Source of the DNA: an uncultured Chloroflexia bacterium
GTDB lineage: Bacteria; Chloroflexota; Limnocylindria; Limnocylindrales; CSP1-4
Direction: 5' to 3'
DNA: 64,000 nucleotides
Assembly: GCA_963731995.1 (NCBI GenBank)
Contig: CAVSXV010000004.1
Coordinates: 384,973 to 448,972, forward strand
In this document: piece after piece, positions 47,311-58,714 of the stretch
How the letters are laid out: each line of letters opens with the position of its first letter
Position numbering within the stretch: the stretch's first letter is position 1
Notes under the pieces: model-generated
Databases searched by the model: none
What the model was told of the DNA's origin: nothing
The model's input: only the letters and a program-made list of their open reading frames with translations
Program-made: the position numbers and the translations under genes

Positions 47311-49956
47311 ATGGCCCCGCGATACGCACGGATGGCAGGACTCGTGGACATCAACCTCAACGGCCAGAGTCGCTCGGTCGACTTCACCCCCGGCACCTCG
47401 CTGCTGCAGCTCTTGCGCAACGAGCTCGGCCTCCGCTCGATGAAGGACGGCTGTGCTCCCGAGGGCTCTTGTGGCGCCTGCACGGTCATCGTCGATGGCC
47501 GTCCGGTGGTCTCCTGTGCCCAACCCGCGGAGCGCTTCGCGGGCAAGGACATCGAGACGCTCGAGGGCCTGCCCGAGGACTCGCGTGACCTGTGGGCGGA
47601 CGCCTTCAGCGCCACCGGTGCGTCGCAGTGCGGCTACTGCACCCCCGGCATCGTGATGAAGGCGGAGGCGCTGCTGCGCCGCGAGGCCGAACCCGGGCGC
47701 GAGACCATCACCAAGGCTCTCGCGGGCAACCTCTGTCGCTGCACCGGCTATCTCTCGATCATCGACGCCATCGGCCAGGTGGCAGCTGCGCGGGCCGGTG
47801 GGCCCCGACCGGTGCCGCATCCGGGCGCCGCGGTCGGCGACCCCGCGCCCAAGTACCGCTCACGCGAGCAGGTGCTGGGGATGCAGGAGTACGTGGCTGA
47901 CCACGTGGTGCCGGGCATGCTCCATGGCGCACTGCGCTTCAGCGACCACCCACGCGCGGTGGTGGTGTCGATCGATACGACAGCAGCCGAGGCGGCCGAG
48001 GGCGTGGTCGCGGTCATCACCGCCGCCGATGTCCCGGGCAAGCGCAACCAGGGCCTCATCACGGACGACTGGCGGCAGCTGGTGGCGGTGGGGGAGACGA
48101 CGCGATACGTAGGCGACGTGCTCGCGGCGGTGGCGGCCGAGACGCGCGCCCAGGCACGTGCGGCGGCGGAGCTGATCGAGATCGAGTACGAGGTGCTGGA
48201 GCCCGTGACCGATCCGTTCGAGGCCATGGCCGAGGGTGCGCCACGCATCGCGCCCGAGGGCAACGTGCTCTCGGAGTCGGCCTACGCCCGGGGTGACGTG
48301 GAGGCTGCCCTGGCCGCCTCTGCGCACGTCGTGAGTGACACCTTCAGGACAGCTGGCATCGAGCATGCCTATCTCGAGCCCGAGTCCTCGCTGGCCGTGC
48401 CCCAGGACGGGAAGGGTCCGCGCATGCACGTCCTCTCGCAGGGCCAGGGTGCCTGGGAAGACCGTCGACAGATCGCCTCGCTGCTCGGCTGGGAGCAGGC
48501 TGACGTGCTCGTCACACAGGTGGCCACCGGTGGTGCCTTTGGTGGCAAGGAGGACCTCAACGTCCAGGGCCACGCGGCGCTGTTGGCACTGGCGGCCGAG
48601 CGCCCGGTGCTGCTGGCGCTGAGCCGTGCCGACTCGCTGCGCTTCTCCATCAAGCGCCACCGTTTCTGGATGGAGTACACCGTCGGCTGCGACGCCGAAG
48701 GAAAGCTCACCGCGGTCAAGGCCCGCTTCATCGGCGACAACGGCGGCTACGCGAGCGTCGGTGCCAAGGTGCTCGAGCGCGCCGCCGGGCACGCCTGCAG
48801 CGCCTACGAGGTGCCCAACGTCGATGTCCAGGCCAACGCCATCCTGACCAACAACCCGCCCTGCGGCGCGATGCGCGGCTTCGGGGCCAACCAGGCCAAC
48901 TTCGGCATGGAGACGTGCCTCGACCGTCTCGCAGAGTCGGTCGGCATCGACGGCTGGGAGATCCGCTGGCGCAACGCGCTCGAGACCGGCAAGCGATTCG
49001 GGACCGGCCAGAAGCTGGGTCCAGGCGTGGGCCTCAGGGACACGCTGCTGGCGGTCAAGGACCAGTACCGGAACGCCAAGTACGCGGGCATCGCCTGCGG
49101 TGCCAAGAACACCGGCATCGGCAACGGCATGAAGGAGTACGGCCGTGCGGTCGTGCGTCCCGAGGGCGACGGCCGATTGACCGTCTTCCACTCCTGGACG
49201 GAGATGGGACAGGGCACCCACACGGTCATGCGCCAGATCGCCAGCGACGAGCTCGACCTGCAGCCAGAGGCCATCGAGGTCCGCGTCGATACTACGCACG
49301 AGCTGGACACCGGCATCACCACCGCCTCACGCGCCACGATGCTCGGCGGGCGTGCGGTGCTCAAGGCCTGTCAGGCGCTCCGCGCCGAGATGGTCAGGCG
49401 ACGCTGCCTGCTCGACGACCTCGCCGGGGAGGAGTTCCCCGCCGAGATCCTCATCGACTGGACGACCAAGCTGGGCGATGACGTCGAGGAGCCCATCACG
49501 CACTTCGGCTACGGCTGGGCCACGCAGGTCTGCATCCTCGACGAGGAGGGGGCCATCGAGAAGTTCGTGGCCGCCCACGACGTGGGCAAGGCGCTCGACC
49601 CGCTGATGCTGGAAGGCCAGGTCGTCGGCGGCGTGCACATGGGCCTGGGCCACACGCTCTCCGAGACGTTCGAGACCGAGGGCGGCTTCCCGGTCACCGA
49701 CACCGTCAAGTCGCTCAACATCATCCCCGCTGCGGGCATGCCGCCGGTGGAGACGATCCTCGTCGAGGAGTTCCAGCCCGAGGGTCCGTACGGTGCCAAG
49801 GGCATGGGCGAGGCCGTGCTGGTGCCGACCGCCGCGGCGGTGGCCGGCGCGCTCTACGCCTTCGACGGCATCCGGCGCACTGACCTGCCGATGCGCGATT
49901 CGCCCGCGGCCCTCGCGGCCGTGCCGAAGCTCAAGCGCCTGCTGGCCAAGGGCTGA
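47311..49956 (+). CDS. fused [2Fe-2S]-ferredoxin / molybdopterin hydroxylase (Mop/XdhD-like aldehyde- or purine-type oxidoreductase, no FAD subunit)
   Basis: N-terminus: INLNGQSRSVDF...KDGCAPEGSCGACTVIVDG...SCAQP...QCGYCTPGIVM...GNLCRCTGY. It is followed by ~730 aa of the CoxL/XdhB-type MoCo domain (GGAFGGKED, CGAMRGFGANQ, GQGTHT, GPYGAKGMGE). The start may be ATG 47332. Confidence 0.9.
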   Translation: MAPRYARMAGLVDINLNGQSRSVDFTPGTSLLQLLRNELGLRSMKDGCAPEGSCGACTVIVDGRPVVSCAQPAERFAGKDIETLEGLPEDSRDLWADAFSATGASQCGYCTPGIVMKAEALLRREAEPGRETITKALAGNLCRCTGYLSIIDAIGQVAAARAGGPRPVPHPGAAVGDPAPKYRSREQVLGMQEYVADHVVPGMLHGALRFSDHPRAVVVSIDTTAAEAAEGVVAVITAADVPGKRNQGLITDDWRQLVAVGETTRYVGDVLAAVAAETRAQARAAAELIEIEYEVLEPVTDPFEAMAEGAPRIAPEGNVLSESAYARGDVEAALAASAHVVSDTFRTAGIEHAYLEPESSLAVPQDGKGPRMHVLSQGQGAWEDRRQIASLLGWEQADVLVTQVATGGAFGGKEDLNVQGHAALLALAAERPVLLALSRADSLRFSIKRHRFWMEYTVGCDAEGKLTAVKARFIGDNGGYASVGAKVLERAAGHACSAYEVPNVDVQANAILTNNPPCGAMRGFGANQANFGMETCLDRLAESVGIDGWEIRWRNALETGKRFGTGQKLGPGVGLRDTLLAVKDQYRNAKYAGIACGAKNTGIGNGMKEYGRAVVRPEGDGRLTVFHSWTEMGQGTHTVMRQIASDELDLQPEAIEVRVDTTHELDTGITTASRATMLGGRAVLKACQALRAEMVRRRCLLDDLAGEEFPAEILIDWTTKLGDDVEEPITHFGYGWATQVCILDEEGAIEKFVAAHDVGKALDPLMLEGQVVGGVHMGLGHTLSETFETEGGFPVTDTVKSLNIIPAAGMPPVETILVEEFQPEGPYGAKGMGEAVLVPTAAAVAGALYAFDGIRRTDLPMRDSPAALAAVPKLKRLLAKG

Positions 49957-49967
49957 TCCCGCGCGCC

Positions 49968-50429
49968 TCAGCTCACCGCTCGCCTCACGAGCTCGGTGAT
50001 GGCCGCCTCCTCGGTCTCGGTCAGTGCCTCGAGCGCGAATGAGGTGGGCCACATGTGGCCCTCGTCGAGGTTCGCGTCGGGCTGGAAGCCGAACGTGGCG
50101 TAACGCACCTTGAACTTCTCCGCACTCTGGAAGAAGCACACGACCTTGCCATCCTTGGCATAGGCGGGCATGCCGTACCAGGTCCTGGGCATGAGCGTGG
50201 GCGCGGCCGCCGTGATGATGGCGTGCAGGCGTTCGCCCATGGCGCGGTCGTTGCCGGTCATCTCGGCCAGCTTGGCGAGGACATCAGCCTCGCCCTCGGC
50301 CCGCTTCGCGCCCTGCCGCGCCTCGGCCTTCAGTTCCTTCACGCGCTCCTTCATCGCGGCGCGTTCCACATCGGTGAGTCCATCGGATCTCGTCGTACCG
50401 TCCTTGGCGGACTGCTGCTCGTCTCCCAT
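49968..50429 (-). CDS. DUF1801 (YdhG-like) domain protein
   Basis: ATG 50429: [11 protein letters not shown]...[38 protein letters not shown]... Confidence 0.7.
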   Translation of the reverse strand: MGDEQQSAKDGTTRSDGLTDVERAAMKERVKELKAEARQGAKRAEGEADVLAKLAEMTGNDRAMGERLHAIITAAAPTLMPRTWYGMPAYAKDGKVVCFFQSAEKFKVRYATFGFQPDANLDEGHMWPTSFALEALTETEEAAITELVRRAVS

Positions 50430-50522
50430 CGGGGGCTCCTCGTGCGATCGGGGGAACTGCATGCTACGAGAGGTGCCGGCGGATGGACACGCTGAGACCG
50501 CATCGCCGCTGGGCGGTACCGT

Positions 50523-52442
50523 GTGCCGGTACGTCCACGGACTCGTCGTCGACCGGAAAGGGGCCTGACGCTGGCTTTCACCCAACGCTCGCTATTCGGC
50601 CGCAGGGCTCGCCGTGGACGCGGGCGCTCTGCCGACGGCTCCGCTAACACCGCTGACGACCAGGACGATGAGGCCGGCCCCACGCGCCTGACCGGCATCC
50701 CCTGGCGTCGCCTGTTCGGCTACCTGCGACCGCACTGGCGGCTGTTCGCGGTGGCACTCGTGGCCCTGCTCGTCTCGACCGTCTTCGGGCTCTTGCTGCC
50801 GCTCGTCATCGGTGGCCTGGTCAACGAGGTCGTGACCGCCGGCGATGCGGCCGGGCTCGACCAACTGCTGCTCCTGCTGGTCGGCATCACGCTCGTGCTG
50901 GCCGTGGCGGGCTTCGCCCAGACGTGGTCGCTGGGGGTCATCGGCGAACGCATCGTGGCCCGTCTGCGGGCCCAAGTGTTCGACCGGCTGGTCTCGCTGG
51001 AGCTGGACTTCTACGTGAGGCGCCGCGTCGGCGAGCTCATCTCGCGGCTCTCGAGCGACGTGACCCAGGTGCGCACGATGCTGACGCAGACGGTGACCTC
51101 GCTGCTCTCGTCGCTGCTCAGCCTTGTCGGCTCGGTCTTCGTGCTCTTCCTGCTCAGCCCGGACCTGCTGCTGGTCATCCTCGTGCTGGCTCCGACCATG
51201 GTCATCGTGGCGGTCGTCTTCGCACGCCCGCTGCGGCGGCTCTCGACGCGTGTGCAGGACTCGATCGCGGCTTCGACCACGACCGCGGAGGAGGCACTCA
51301 GCGGCATCCGCGTGGTCAAGTCGTTCGGCCGGGAAGAGTGGGAACGCCATCGCTACGGCGAGGACCTGCGTGGGGTCGTGGCCATGGCCACGCGCCTGGT
51401 GACCTATCGCGGGCTCTTCGGCTCGATGATGCTCATCCTCGGATTCGGCACCCTCATCATCCTGCTCTGGTTCACCGGCCACCGCGTCATCGAGGGCTCC
51501 ATCAACCTCGGCGCCTTGACCAGCTTCCTGCTGTACGGCATCACCATCGGCACCAGCCTCTCGAGCATCGCCGGCATCTACGGCCAGTTCCAGGAAGGAG
51601 CCGGCGCAGTCGTGCGCGTCTTCGAGATCGTCGACGAACGCCCGTCCTTCAGGGATGCGGACGACGCGGTCGACCTCGAGCACGTCGGTGGGCGCGTCGC
51701 ATTCGAGGGCGTCACCTTCGGCTACGACGCCGAGCGGCCGGTGCTGCGCGATATCTCCCTCGAGATCGCTCCCGGCGAGGTGCTCGCGGTGGTGGGCCCA
51801 TCCGGCGCCGGCAAGACCACCTTCTGCAACCTCATCCCACGGCTGTGGAACGTGACCGATGGCCGTGTCCTCGTCGACGGGCAGGACGTGCGCGACCTGC
51901 GGCTGCGGTCGCTGCGGGAGGCCGTCTCACTGGTGCCACAGGACGCGGCCATCTTCGGCGGCACCATCGAGGACAACATCCGCTACGGCCGGCTCGAGGC
52001 CAGCGACGAGGAGCTGGAGGCGGCCGCGCGAGCTGCCAACGCCCACGACTTCATCAGCGCCATGCCCGATGGCTACCAGACGATCGTGGGCGACCGCGGC
52101 ACGCGACTCTCGGGAGGTCAGCGCCAGCGTGTGGCCATCGCCCGCGCGATCCTCAAGGACGCTCCGATCCTCATCCTCGACGAGGCCACCTCATCGCTGG
52201 ACAACGAGTCCGAGCGGCTGGTGCAGGACGCCCTGGCGCGGCTGATGCAGGGACGCACCACCGTGGTCGTGGCCCACCGTCTCTCGACCATCCGCGCCGC
52301 CGACCGTATCGCCGTCCTCGATGATGGCTGGCTCCTGGAGCTGGGCACGCATCAGGAGCTGCTCGCGAGCGACGGGCTCTACGCTCATCTCTGGCGCCTG
52401 CAGGCGAGCGAGCGTCCGGCCCCAGCGTCGGGTGTCGCCTAA
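50523..52442 (+). CDS. ABC exporter, fused permease/ATPase (MsbA/ABCB type)
   Basis: Six-helix TMD ([21 protein letters not shown]...). NBD: [43 protein letters not shown]. Confidence 0.85.
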   Translation: MPVRPRTRRRPERGLTLAFTQRSLFGRRARRGRGRSADGSANTADDQDDEAGPTRLTGIPWRRLFGYLRPHWRLFAVALVALLVSTVFGLLLPLVIGGLVNEVVTAGDAAGLDQLLLLLVGITLVLAVAGFAQTWSLGVIGERIVARLRAQVFDRLVSLELDFYVRRRVGELISRLSSDVTQVRTMLTQTVTSLLSSLLSLVGSVFVLFLLSPDLLLVILVLAPTMVIVAVVFARPLRRLSTRVQDSIAASTTTAEEALSGIRVVKSFGREEWERHRYGEDLRGVVAMATRLVTYRGLFGSMMLILGFGTLIILLWFTGHRVIEGSINLGALTSFLLYGITIGTSLSSIAGIYGQFQEGAGAVVRVFEIVDERPSFRDADDAVDLEHVGGRVAFEGVTFGYDAERPVLRDISLEIAPGEVLAVVGPSGAGKTTFCNLIPRLWNVTDGRVLVDGQDVRDLRLRSLREAVSLVPQDAAIFGGTIEDNIRYGRLEASDEELEAAARAANAHDFISAMPDGYQTIVGDRGTRLSGGQRQRVAIARAILKDAPILILDEATSSLDNESERLVQDALARLMQGRTTVVVAHRLSTIRAADRIAVLDDGWLLELGTHQELLASDGLYAHLWRLQASERPAPASGVA

Positions 52443-52527
52443 GCCGGCGGATCTCCACCCTTGAGCGGCCAAGGACGAGGCTTTCGACGCCACACAGCCA
52501 GTACCCGGGGCCGTCTACGATGCGCCC

Positions 52528-53448
52528 ATGACTGCCCCGAGGGTCGCGCCGCGTTCATCCCTGCCTGCCACCGCGAGCGGGACGAACCTGCACGCCTACA
52601 CGCTGCTCGACTGGGGCCTGCTCGCGGCGATCGCCCTCATCTGGGGCTCATCCTTCCTCTTCATGGAGATCGGTCTGCGCGCGTTCGAGCCCGGCGTCAT
52701 CACGCTCGCACGCGTCGGTCTCGGCGCGGCGACGGTGGCGCTGTTTCCCAGGGCCCGAGCTCCAGTCCAGCGCGAGGACTGGCCGCGCATCGCGGTCCTC
52801 GGTGTCGTCTGGATCGCCGTCCCGCTCCTCATCTTTCCCGTTGCCCAGCAGTGGACCACTTCGAGCGTGACGGGGATGATCAACGGCGCTATGCCGGTCT
52901 TCACCGTGCTCTGGGCTACCTATCTCATGCGCAAGCTGCCCGGCTGGCGACAGCTCCTGGGCATCGGCCTCGGCTTCCTGGGCATGCTGCTCGTCTTCGT
53001 GCCCGAGCTGGAGGCCGGCTCCGACGAGCTGGTGGGAGCGACACTCGTGGTCGTGGCCGTTGCCTTCTACGGGTTGGCGGCCAACCTCTCGGTGCCGCTC
53101 GCGCAGAAGTACGGCCCGCTGCCGGTCGTGTTCCGGGCCCAGCTGGTAGCGCTCGCGATCGTCGCGCCGGTGGGTTTGCTGCAGATCCCCGCGTCGACCT
53201 GGTCATGGGAGTCGGCCCTGGTCATGATCCCGCTGGGCATGCTGGGCACCGGCGCAGCTTTCGCGCTGATGGCAACGCTGACCGCACGGGTCGGTGGCCC
53301 CCGCGCCTCGGTGGCGATCTACTTTCTGCCCATCGTGGCCATCGTGCTGGGCGTGCTCGTCCTCGGGGAGACGGTGGCGCCCATCGCCATCGCGGGCGTG
53401 ATGCTGGTCATGATCGGCGCCTGGATCGCCTCCCGTCGCGAGTCCTAG
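52528..53448 (+). CDS. DMT (EamA) family transporter
   Basis: About ten hydrophobic helices; duplicated EamA pattern (LLAAIALIWGSSFLFMEIGL...; ...LGETVAPIAIAGVMLVMIGAWIA). Confidence 0.8.
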   Translation: MTAPRVAPRSSLPATASGTNLHAYTLLDWGLLAAIALIWGSSFLFMEIGLRAFEPGVITLARVGLGAATVALFPRARAPVQREDWPRIAVLGVVWIAVPLLIFPVAQQWTTSSVTGMINGAMPVFTVLWATYLMRKLPGWRQLLGIGLGFLGMLLVFVPELEAGSDELVGATLVVVAVAFYGLAANLSVPLAQKYGPLPVVFRAQLVALAIVAPVGLLQIPASTWSWESALVMIPLGMLGTGAAFALMATLTARVGGPRASVAIYFLPIVAIVLGVLVLGETVAPIAIAGVMLVMIGAWIASRRES

Positions 53449-53545
53449 GGGCGAGCATGGCCACGCGCGTGGCGTCCCCGGTGGTGCCCTGCCACGACCT
53501 GCTTGCCGTTCCGCCTGTAAGCGCTCACATGGATGGTGTAGTTTC

Positions 53546-53573
53546 TTGACAGCCCGATGGCATCAGGCATCAT
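53546..53573 (+). promoter_or_regulatory. sigma70-like promoter candidate for the sugar ABC operon
   Basis: TTGACA (53546-53551), 16-nt spacer, CATCAT (53568-53573), about 50 nt upstream of the GGAGGAGG RBS. Confidence 0.3.
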
Positions 53574-53623
53574 GGTGGGTCGGGGGACGAGAGAACGTCC
53601 GACCAACTACGGAGGAGGAGTAC

Positions 53624-54757
53624 ATGGGTACAACCAAGCGAGCTTTGGTGATGGCATCTGCGGTAGCAGTTGTCAGCGCCGGCATGGTTTCGAGCGGCGC
53701 AGTGGTCGCGCAGGATGACGGCGTCTGTGACGTCGGAGTTTCCTGGAACAACTTCGAGCAGCCCCGCTGGGCGGCCAAGGACCGGCCGAACATGGAGGCC
53801 ACGATCCTTGAGGGTGGCGGCACCTTCACCGACCTCGACGCCAACCTTGACAGCGCACAGCAGCAGACGGACGTCGAGACCCTCATCAACGGTGGCGCCG
53901 ATGTGCTGGTCCTGCTCGCGCAGAACCAGGATGCGGCCATCGCGGCCATCGAGGTGGCCCAGAACGCCGAAGTCCCGATCATCGCCTATGACCGGCTCAT
54001 CGAGGACCCCAGCGTCCTGTACGTCACGTTCGACAACGTCGGCGTCGGCAAGGCCCAGGCTGAGACGATCCTCGGCGCCGTTCCGACAGGCAACTACGTG
54101 CTTATCAAGGGCGACCCGGGCGATGCCAATGCATCCACGTTCCTGCCCATGGGCTGGGATCAGGCCGGTCTCCAGGACAAGGTCGATGCTGGTGAGATCA
54201 CCATCCTCGCCGACCAGTTCACTGACGGCTGGAGGACTGAGACCGCACAGAACAACATGGAAGCCATCATCGATGCCGCCAACGCCAATGGCGACACGAT
54301 CGATGCCATCCTGGCCGAGAACGACAGCACCGCACTCGGTGTGGTCGGCGCACTCCAGGCCAAGGGTCTCGACCCCATTCCCTTGAGTGGCCAGGACGGT
54401 GACACCGGCAACCTCCAGAACGTCGCTGCCGGCTGGCAGTACGTGGACGTCTGGAAGGACGCCAACCAGCTGGGCAAGGTCGCCGGTGCGGCCGCACTGC
54501 AGCTGTGCGAAGGCGTGGCCATGGCGGATCTCGTGATCCCTGATGGCCTGATCACCGACGCGACCGTGCCGATCGCTGGCACTGGGGCTAGCGACTTCGT
54601 TACCCCTGGCGGAAACACGGTGACATCCTTCATCCTGCAGCCGCAGCCGGTCACGCAGGACAACCTCAACCTCATCCTCGATGCCAACTGGCTTACGCAG
54701 GACGAGCTCTGTGCACAAACGGCCGACGCCCCGAACCCCGCGGCGATCTGTCAGTGA
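53624..54757 (+). CDS. sugar ABC transporter periplasmic binding protein (XylF/FrcB-like, CUT2)
   Basis: GGAGGAGG RBS plus ATG 53624. Signal MGTTKRALVMASAVAVVSAGMVSSGAVVAQ. ...VGVSWNNFEQPRW...ADVLVLLAQNQDA...PIIAYDRLI...YVLIKGDPGD...ENDSTALGVVGAL...SGQDGD... Confidence 0.85.
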   Translation: MGTTKRALVMASAVAVVSAGMVSSGAVVAQDDGVCDVGVSWNNFEQPRWAAKDRPNMEATILEGGGTFTDLDANLDSAQQQTDVETLINGGADVLVLLAQNQDAAIAAIEVAQNAEVPIIAYDRLIEDPSVLYVTFDNVGVGKAQAETILGAVPTGNYVLIKGDPGDANASTFLPMGWDQAGLQDKVDAGEITILADQFTDGWRTETAQNNMEAIIDAANANGDTIDAILAENDSTALGVVGALQAKGLDPIPLSGQDGDTGNLQNVAAGWQYVDVWKDANQLGKVAGAAALQLCEGVAMADLVIPDGLITDATVPIAGTGASDFVTPGGNTVTSFILQPQPVTQDNLNLILDANWLTQDELCAQTADAPNPAAICQ

Positions 54758-54853
54758 TTTGAGCCGCTCCAGCACTAGCGGCTAGCACACGCCCCGCGTC
54801 CTCGAACACCGAGGGCGTGGGGCGTTATTCGTCTGTAGACGGAGAACGGGACG

Positions 54854-56194
54854 ATGAGCGGTACCGCCGAAACCACGCCTGAGCAGGCGCCCAGCGAGCA
54901 GCGCCCATCGCTGCGCGGGCTCTTCGCCGCTACCGAGATCGACGTGCGCCTGTTCGGCATGCTCATCGCGCTGGTCGTGATCCTGGTGGGTTTCCATTTC
55001 CTTTCGGGCGGCAAGCTCATCAACCCAGCGAACATGCTCACGCTCGGCGTACAGGCGAGCGGCACGGCCATCATGGCCACGGGCATGGTGCTGATCATCG
55101 TATCCCGCAATATCGACCTTTCGGTCGGCTCGCAGGTCGGCGTCATCGCGATGGTCTACGCGGTCCTCATGACCCATTTCCTGCCCGACGTACTGGGCTT
55201 CCCGGAGGTCGGGAGCCCGCTGATGTGGATCGTCGCGCTGGGACTCGGGATCGGGGTCGGGGTCCTCATCGGCGGCCTCCAGGGTTTCATCATCGCCTAC
55301 ATCGGTGTGCCCTCGTTCGTGGTCACGCTCGGCGGTCTGCTGGCGTTCCGCGGGGTGGTCTGGGTGCTCTCCGAGGGAGCGGCAGTCACGGGCATCGACA
55401 ACACGTTCCGCGTGGTCGGCGGCGGAGCCAATGGCTCGCTCGGCGGCACCTGGACCTGGGCCTTGGCCGTCATCGCCTGCATCGCTATCGTCGCCATCCT
55501 CGTCTACAACCGGCGGCAGCGCATCAGGTTCGACATACCGGCCCGACCGCTGTGGGCTGATGCCCTGATCGGAGGCGTGGCGTGCGCCGTAGTGCTCGTT
55601 GTCGCCTACGCCGCCAACCAACAGTTCTTTCCTGTCGGCCTTGCCAGGCGGATGGCCGAGGAGCAAGGCATGGCCTGGCCCGAAGGCGGCCTCCAGATCT
55701 CGATGGGGATCTCCTGGCCCATCATCCTGCTCATCGGCGTGACCCTGGTCATGTCGTTCATCGCCACGCGACGCCGCTTTGGCCGCTATGTCTATGCCTA
55801 CGGCGGCAATCCTGAGGCGGCAGATCTGGCCGGCATCAACACGCGCTGGACGATCATGAAGACCTTCATGCTCATGGGCGTGCTGTGTGCTCTCGCGGCT
55901 GCGATCGTGGTCGGCCGCCTCAACGGTGCGGCCCAGGACCTGGGCACGACCCAGGAGCTTCTTGTCATCGCAGCTGCCGTGGTGGGCGGGACCTCGTTTG
56001 CCGGTGGCGTCGGGACGATCACCGGTGCGGTCCTTGGCGCCTTCGTGATGCAGTCGCTCGCCTACGGGCTGGCCTTCATGGGCGTGCCCTCACCAGTGCA
56101 GTCCATCGTGGCCGGCATCGTCCTGGTCGTGGCCGTAGGCTTGGATACTTGGAACCGCCGGCGAGGCGGCGGCCGTCGGAGGGCAGGCACGTGA
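54854..56194 (+). CDS. sugar ABC transporter permease (XylH/FrcC-like)
   Basis: 446 aa, hydrophobic: ...[17 protein letters not shown]...[17 protein letters not shown]...[19 protein letters not shown]... Confidence 0.85.
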   Translation: MSGTAETTPEQAPSEQRPSLRGLFAATEIDVRLFGMLIALVVILVGFHFLSGGKLINPANMLTLGVQASGTAIMATGMVLIIVSRNIDLSVGSQVGVIAMVYAVLMTHFLPDVLGFPEVGSPLMWIVALGLGIGVGVLIGGLQGFIIAYIGVPSFVVTLGGLLAFRGVVWVLSEGAAVTGIDNTFRVVGGGANGSLGGTWTWALAVIACIAIVAILVYNRRQRIRFDIPARPLWADALIGGVACAVVLVVAYAANQQFFPVGLARRMAEEQGMAWPEGGLQISMGISWPIILLIGVTLVMSFIATRRRFGRYVYAYGGNPEAADLAGINTRWTIMKTFMLMGVLCALAAAIVVGRLNGAAQDLGTTQELLVIAAAVVGGTSFAGGVGTITGAVLGAFVMQSLAYGLAFMGVPSPVQSIVAGIVLVVAVGLDTWNRRRGGGRRRAGT

Positions 56195-56976
56195 CCAACG
56201 AGAAGCGAGCTCCACTCGTGGAGATGCGAAACATCAGCGTCTCCTTCGGGGGAGTGCAGGCCGTGGAGGACGTGACCATCGATCTCCACGAGGGTGAGGT
56301 CATGGGCCTCGTGGGTGGCAACGGCGCGGGCAAGACGACCCTCATGCGCACCCTCTCGGGTGCCCACCCTGCGGATTCCGGAGAGATCCTCATCGACGGT
56401 CAGCCGCGCCCAATCAACAACACGCGAGACGCCAAGAACCTCAAGATCGAGACCATCTACCAGACGCTGGCCCTGGCTGACAACATCGGTGCGCCCGGCA
56501 ATGTCTTCCTGGGCCGTGAGCTCACCACCCGCCTCGGGACCCTCGACGATGGCGCGATGGAGAATGCGACCCGCGAGGTGATGGGGCGCCTGAACCCCAA
56601 CTTCACCAACTTCACGCAGCCGGTGATGTCGCTCTCCGGAGGCCAGCGCCAAGCCGTGGCCATCGCTCGCGCGGTCCACTTCAACGCGCGCATCCTCATC
56701 ATGGACGAGCCGACGGCGGCGCTGGGCCCGGCAGAGACCGCGCAGGTACGCGATCTCGTCAGTCAGCTCAAGGAGGAAGGGCTGGGCATCTTCCTCATCA
56801 GCCACGACATCCACGATGTGTTTGACCTGTCGGACCGCATCAGTGTCATGTACCACGGCAAGATCGTGGGCACGGTCAGGCACGACGAGGTCAGCACCGA
56901 CGATGTCCTGAGCATGATCATCCTGGGCAAGTCACCCGACTCGCTCACGAGCGAGGAACGCGCCGCACTCCACTGA
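56191..56976 (+). CDS. sugar ABC transporter ATP-binding protein, single-NBD FrcA-like
   Basis: GTGA overlap with the permease stop. [46 protein letters not shown]. 261 aa, a single NBD rather than the duplicated CUT2 form. Confidence 0.85.
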   Translation: MTNEKRAPLVEMRNISVSFGGVQAVEDVTIDLHEGEVMGLVGGNGAGKTTLMRTLSGAHPADSGEILIDGQPRPINNTRDAKNLKIETIYQTLALADNIGAPGNVFLGRELTTRLGTLDDGAMENATREVMGRLNPNFTNFTQPVMSLSGGQRQAVAIARAVHFNARILIMDEPTAALGPAETAQVRDLVSQLKEEGLGIFLISHDIHDVFDLSDRISVMYHGKIVGTVRHDEVSTDDVLSMIILGKSPDSLTSEERAALH

Positions 56977-56994
56977 CCCCGGTGCGCCGAGGCC

Positions 56995-58641
56995 TCACGA
57001 CGCGGCAGGCAGACCACCCGTATCGCGCTCGGCGGCTCGGTCGATCGTGACGACCTGATCGGCGGCGACGGTCCGCCAGTCTCCGAGGGTGCCATCGGGC
57101 CAGATGACGCGCACCTCGGCCTGCTCGTGAGTTCCCAGCCCGAAATGCACCGGCCCCAACGCACCACTGGCGTGACCGCCGCCGACGGTGTTCTCGCGAA
57201 CGGTGCGGGCCTGGCCGGCCTTGACCTCGATCCAGGCTCCGATGGCATCGGCGTTGGCCTCGTCCTGCGAGATGCGCACGTCCAGCCAATGGCCCATGGC
57301 CTTGGGCTTGCTGGCCGTCCCTCGCCCGACGTTGCGACGGATGGCGACATTCTCGTAGCGGTTGACCTCGACGAGGTCGAGCAGGCCATCGCGGTTCAGG
57401 TCGACCAGTGCGGCGCCGCGAGTCCGCACCGGGCTGAGGATCCCGGCTTGCTTCGCCGCCCGCACGAACGTCCCGTCGGCGCGTCGCAGGAATAGCTCGT
57501 TGGGGTCTTCGATCGCGCTGTCCGCTGCTTCGTCGACGTTGCCCTTGGAGACGTAGAGATCGATGCGACCGTCGTTGTTGACATCATCGAACTCGGGGTG
57601 CCACGAGGTCGATGGGTCGATCGGCCGGCCGATCGATGGCGTGGTCGCGGAGATCCCATGATCGAAGGCGATGTCGGTGAAGACCGGCGCGGATGGGCCT
57701 GTCTCCAGGGTTTCGAGGCGGTTCGACCCGATGCTCGTGAGGTAGTACTCGGGGAACCCGTCGCCGGTGAGGTCCTCCACGGCGATGCCCATGCCGAAGA
57801 TGCGGACCGGCTTCCAGCCATCCTCCACGGATGTGTAGAGCCGCGGAGTGGCGTCGGGGGCCACCATCCAGAGTTGCTCGCCCCCTTCGTTGTAGTAGTA
57901 GTGGCGGTCGTTGGCGACGCGCAGGTCCCGACGTCCGGAGCGGTCCCAGTCGCTGAAGAGCATCGAGAGCGCGCATCGTCCCGGCTCCAACGTCGTCGGC
58001 GGCCCGAAGCGGCCTCCCTCGCCTGCAGGCCGGTACAGGAACCCCGGCGCACAATGCGCGAGGTTCTGGTCGTCGAAGTAGTCGACGTAGTTGCCGAAGG
58101 CCATCGTCGGCCAGGTCTGGCCGGCCTCCCAGGTCGCGCTGAAGGCCGTGGTCCAGTCGCTGCCACCATCGAACCCCCAACCCTCGTTCGCCCGCTCGAA
58201 GGTGCATCCGCCCAGTCCGCGCAGGAGCACGTTCTCGCCGTGTCGCAGGACCACGAGGTCGGTCTCGCCATCCGAGTCGATGTCCAGCGGGTAGGCACCC
58301 GTGACCGCAGTCAGGTCGGTGTCCTCGCTCCTGAGCTGTTCGAAGCGCAGGCGCTTGCCGGCTCGGCTCCGATTGAGAAACAGTGCCGCAGGTCCTTCGC
58401 CACCCGCGAAGAAGAGCTCGGGCCGCCCGTCATCGTTGCAGTCGAGGACCGCCACGCCGCCGCCGACGTAGAACTCGAAGCCGCCGCTGTACGAGTGCGT
58501 GACGCCGGCGGACGCGGCCTCCTCGACGAACGTCGGGACCACGGGCTGCCCCTTCGGCTCCTTGGCGGCCTCCACGGCCGCCGGCATGGCCAGAGCCAGA
58601 CACGTAGCCAGGGCGAGGGCGGCTGGAAACGTCTGTCGCAC
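56995..58641 (-). CDS. CRTAC1/ASPIC-UnbV family protein with FG-GAP/VCBS repeats
   Basis: Signal MRQTFPAALALATCLALAMPAAVEA. Repeats: DCNDDGRPELFF, DIDSDGETDLVV, DVNNDGRIDLYV, DLNRDGLLDLV. C-terminal UnbV_ASPIC: AIGAWIEVKAG...RENTVGGGHASG...HFGLG...VIWPDG. Confidence 0.85.
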   Translation of the reverse strand: MRQTFPAALALATCLALAMPAAVEAAKEPKGQPVVPTFVEEAASAGVTHSYSGGFEFYVGGGVAVLDCNDDGRPELFFAGGEGPAALFLNRSRAGKRLRFEQLRSEDTDLTAVTGAYPLDIDSDGETDLVVLRHGENVLLRGLGGCTFERANEGWGFDGGSDWTTAFSATWEAGQTWPTMAFGNYVDYFDDQNLAHCAPGFLYRPAGEGGRFGPPTTLEPGRCALSMLFSDWDRSGRRDLRVANDRHYYYNEGGEQLWMVAPDATPRLYTSVEDGWKPVRIFGMGIAVEDLTGDGFPEYYLTSIGSNRLETLETGPSAPVFTDIAFDHGISATTPSIGRPIDPSTSWHPEFDDVNNDGRIDLYVSKGNVDEAADSAIEDPNELFLRRADGTFVRAAKQAGILSPVRTRGAALVDLNRDGLLDLVEVNRYENVAIRRNVGRGTASKPKAMGHWLDVRISQDEANADAIGAWIEVKAGQARTVRENTVGGGHASGALGPVHFGLGTHEQAEVRVIWPDGTLGDWRTVAADQVVTIDRAAERDTGGLPAAS

Positions 58642-58714
58642 GATGGCGACAGTCTACGCGCCACGATCCTGTCATTGGCATGCCGGAGTAGCATCACGCC
58701 TGAGGAGGAAGCAG

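Noticed and set aside
47162-47331. Moco (molybdenum cofactor) riboswitch upstream of the Mo-hydroxylase gene.
   Set aside because: The 150-170-nt divergent region lacks the conserved Moco-motif core as I remember it, and shows no obvious multi-stem architecture.
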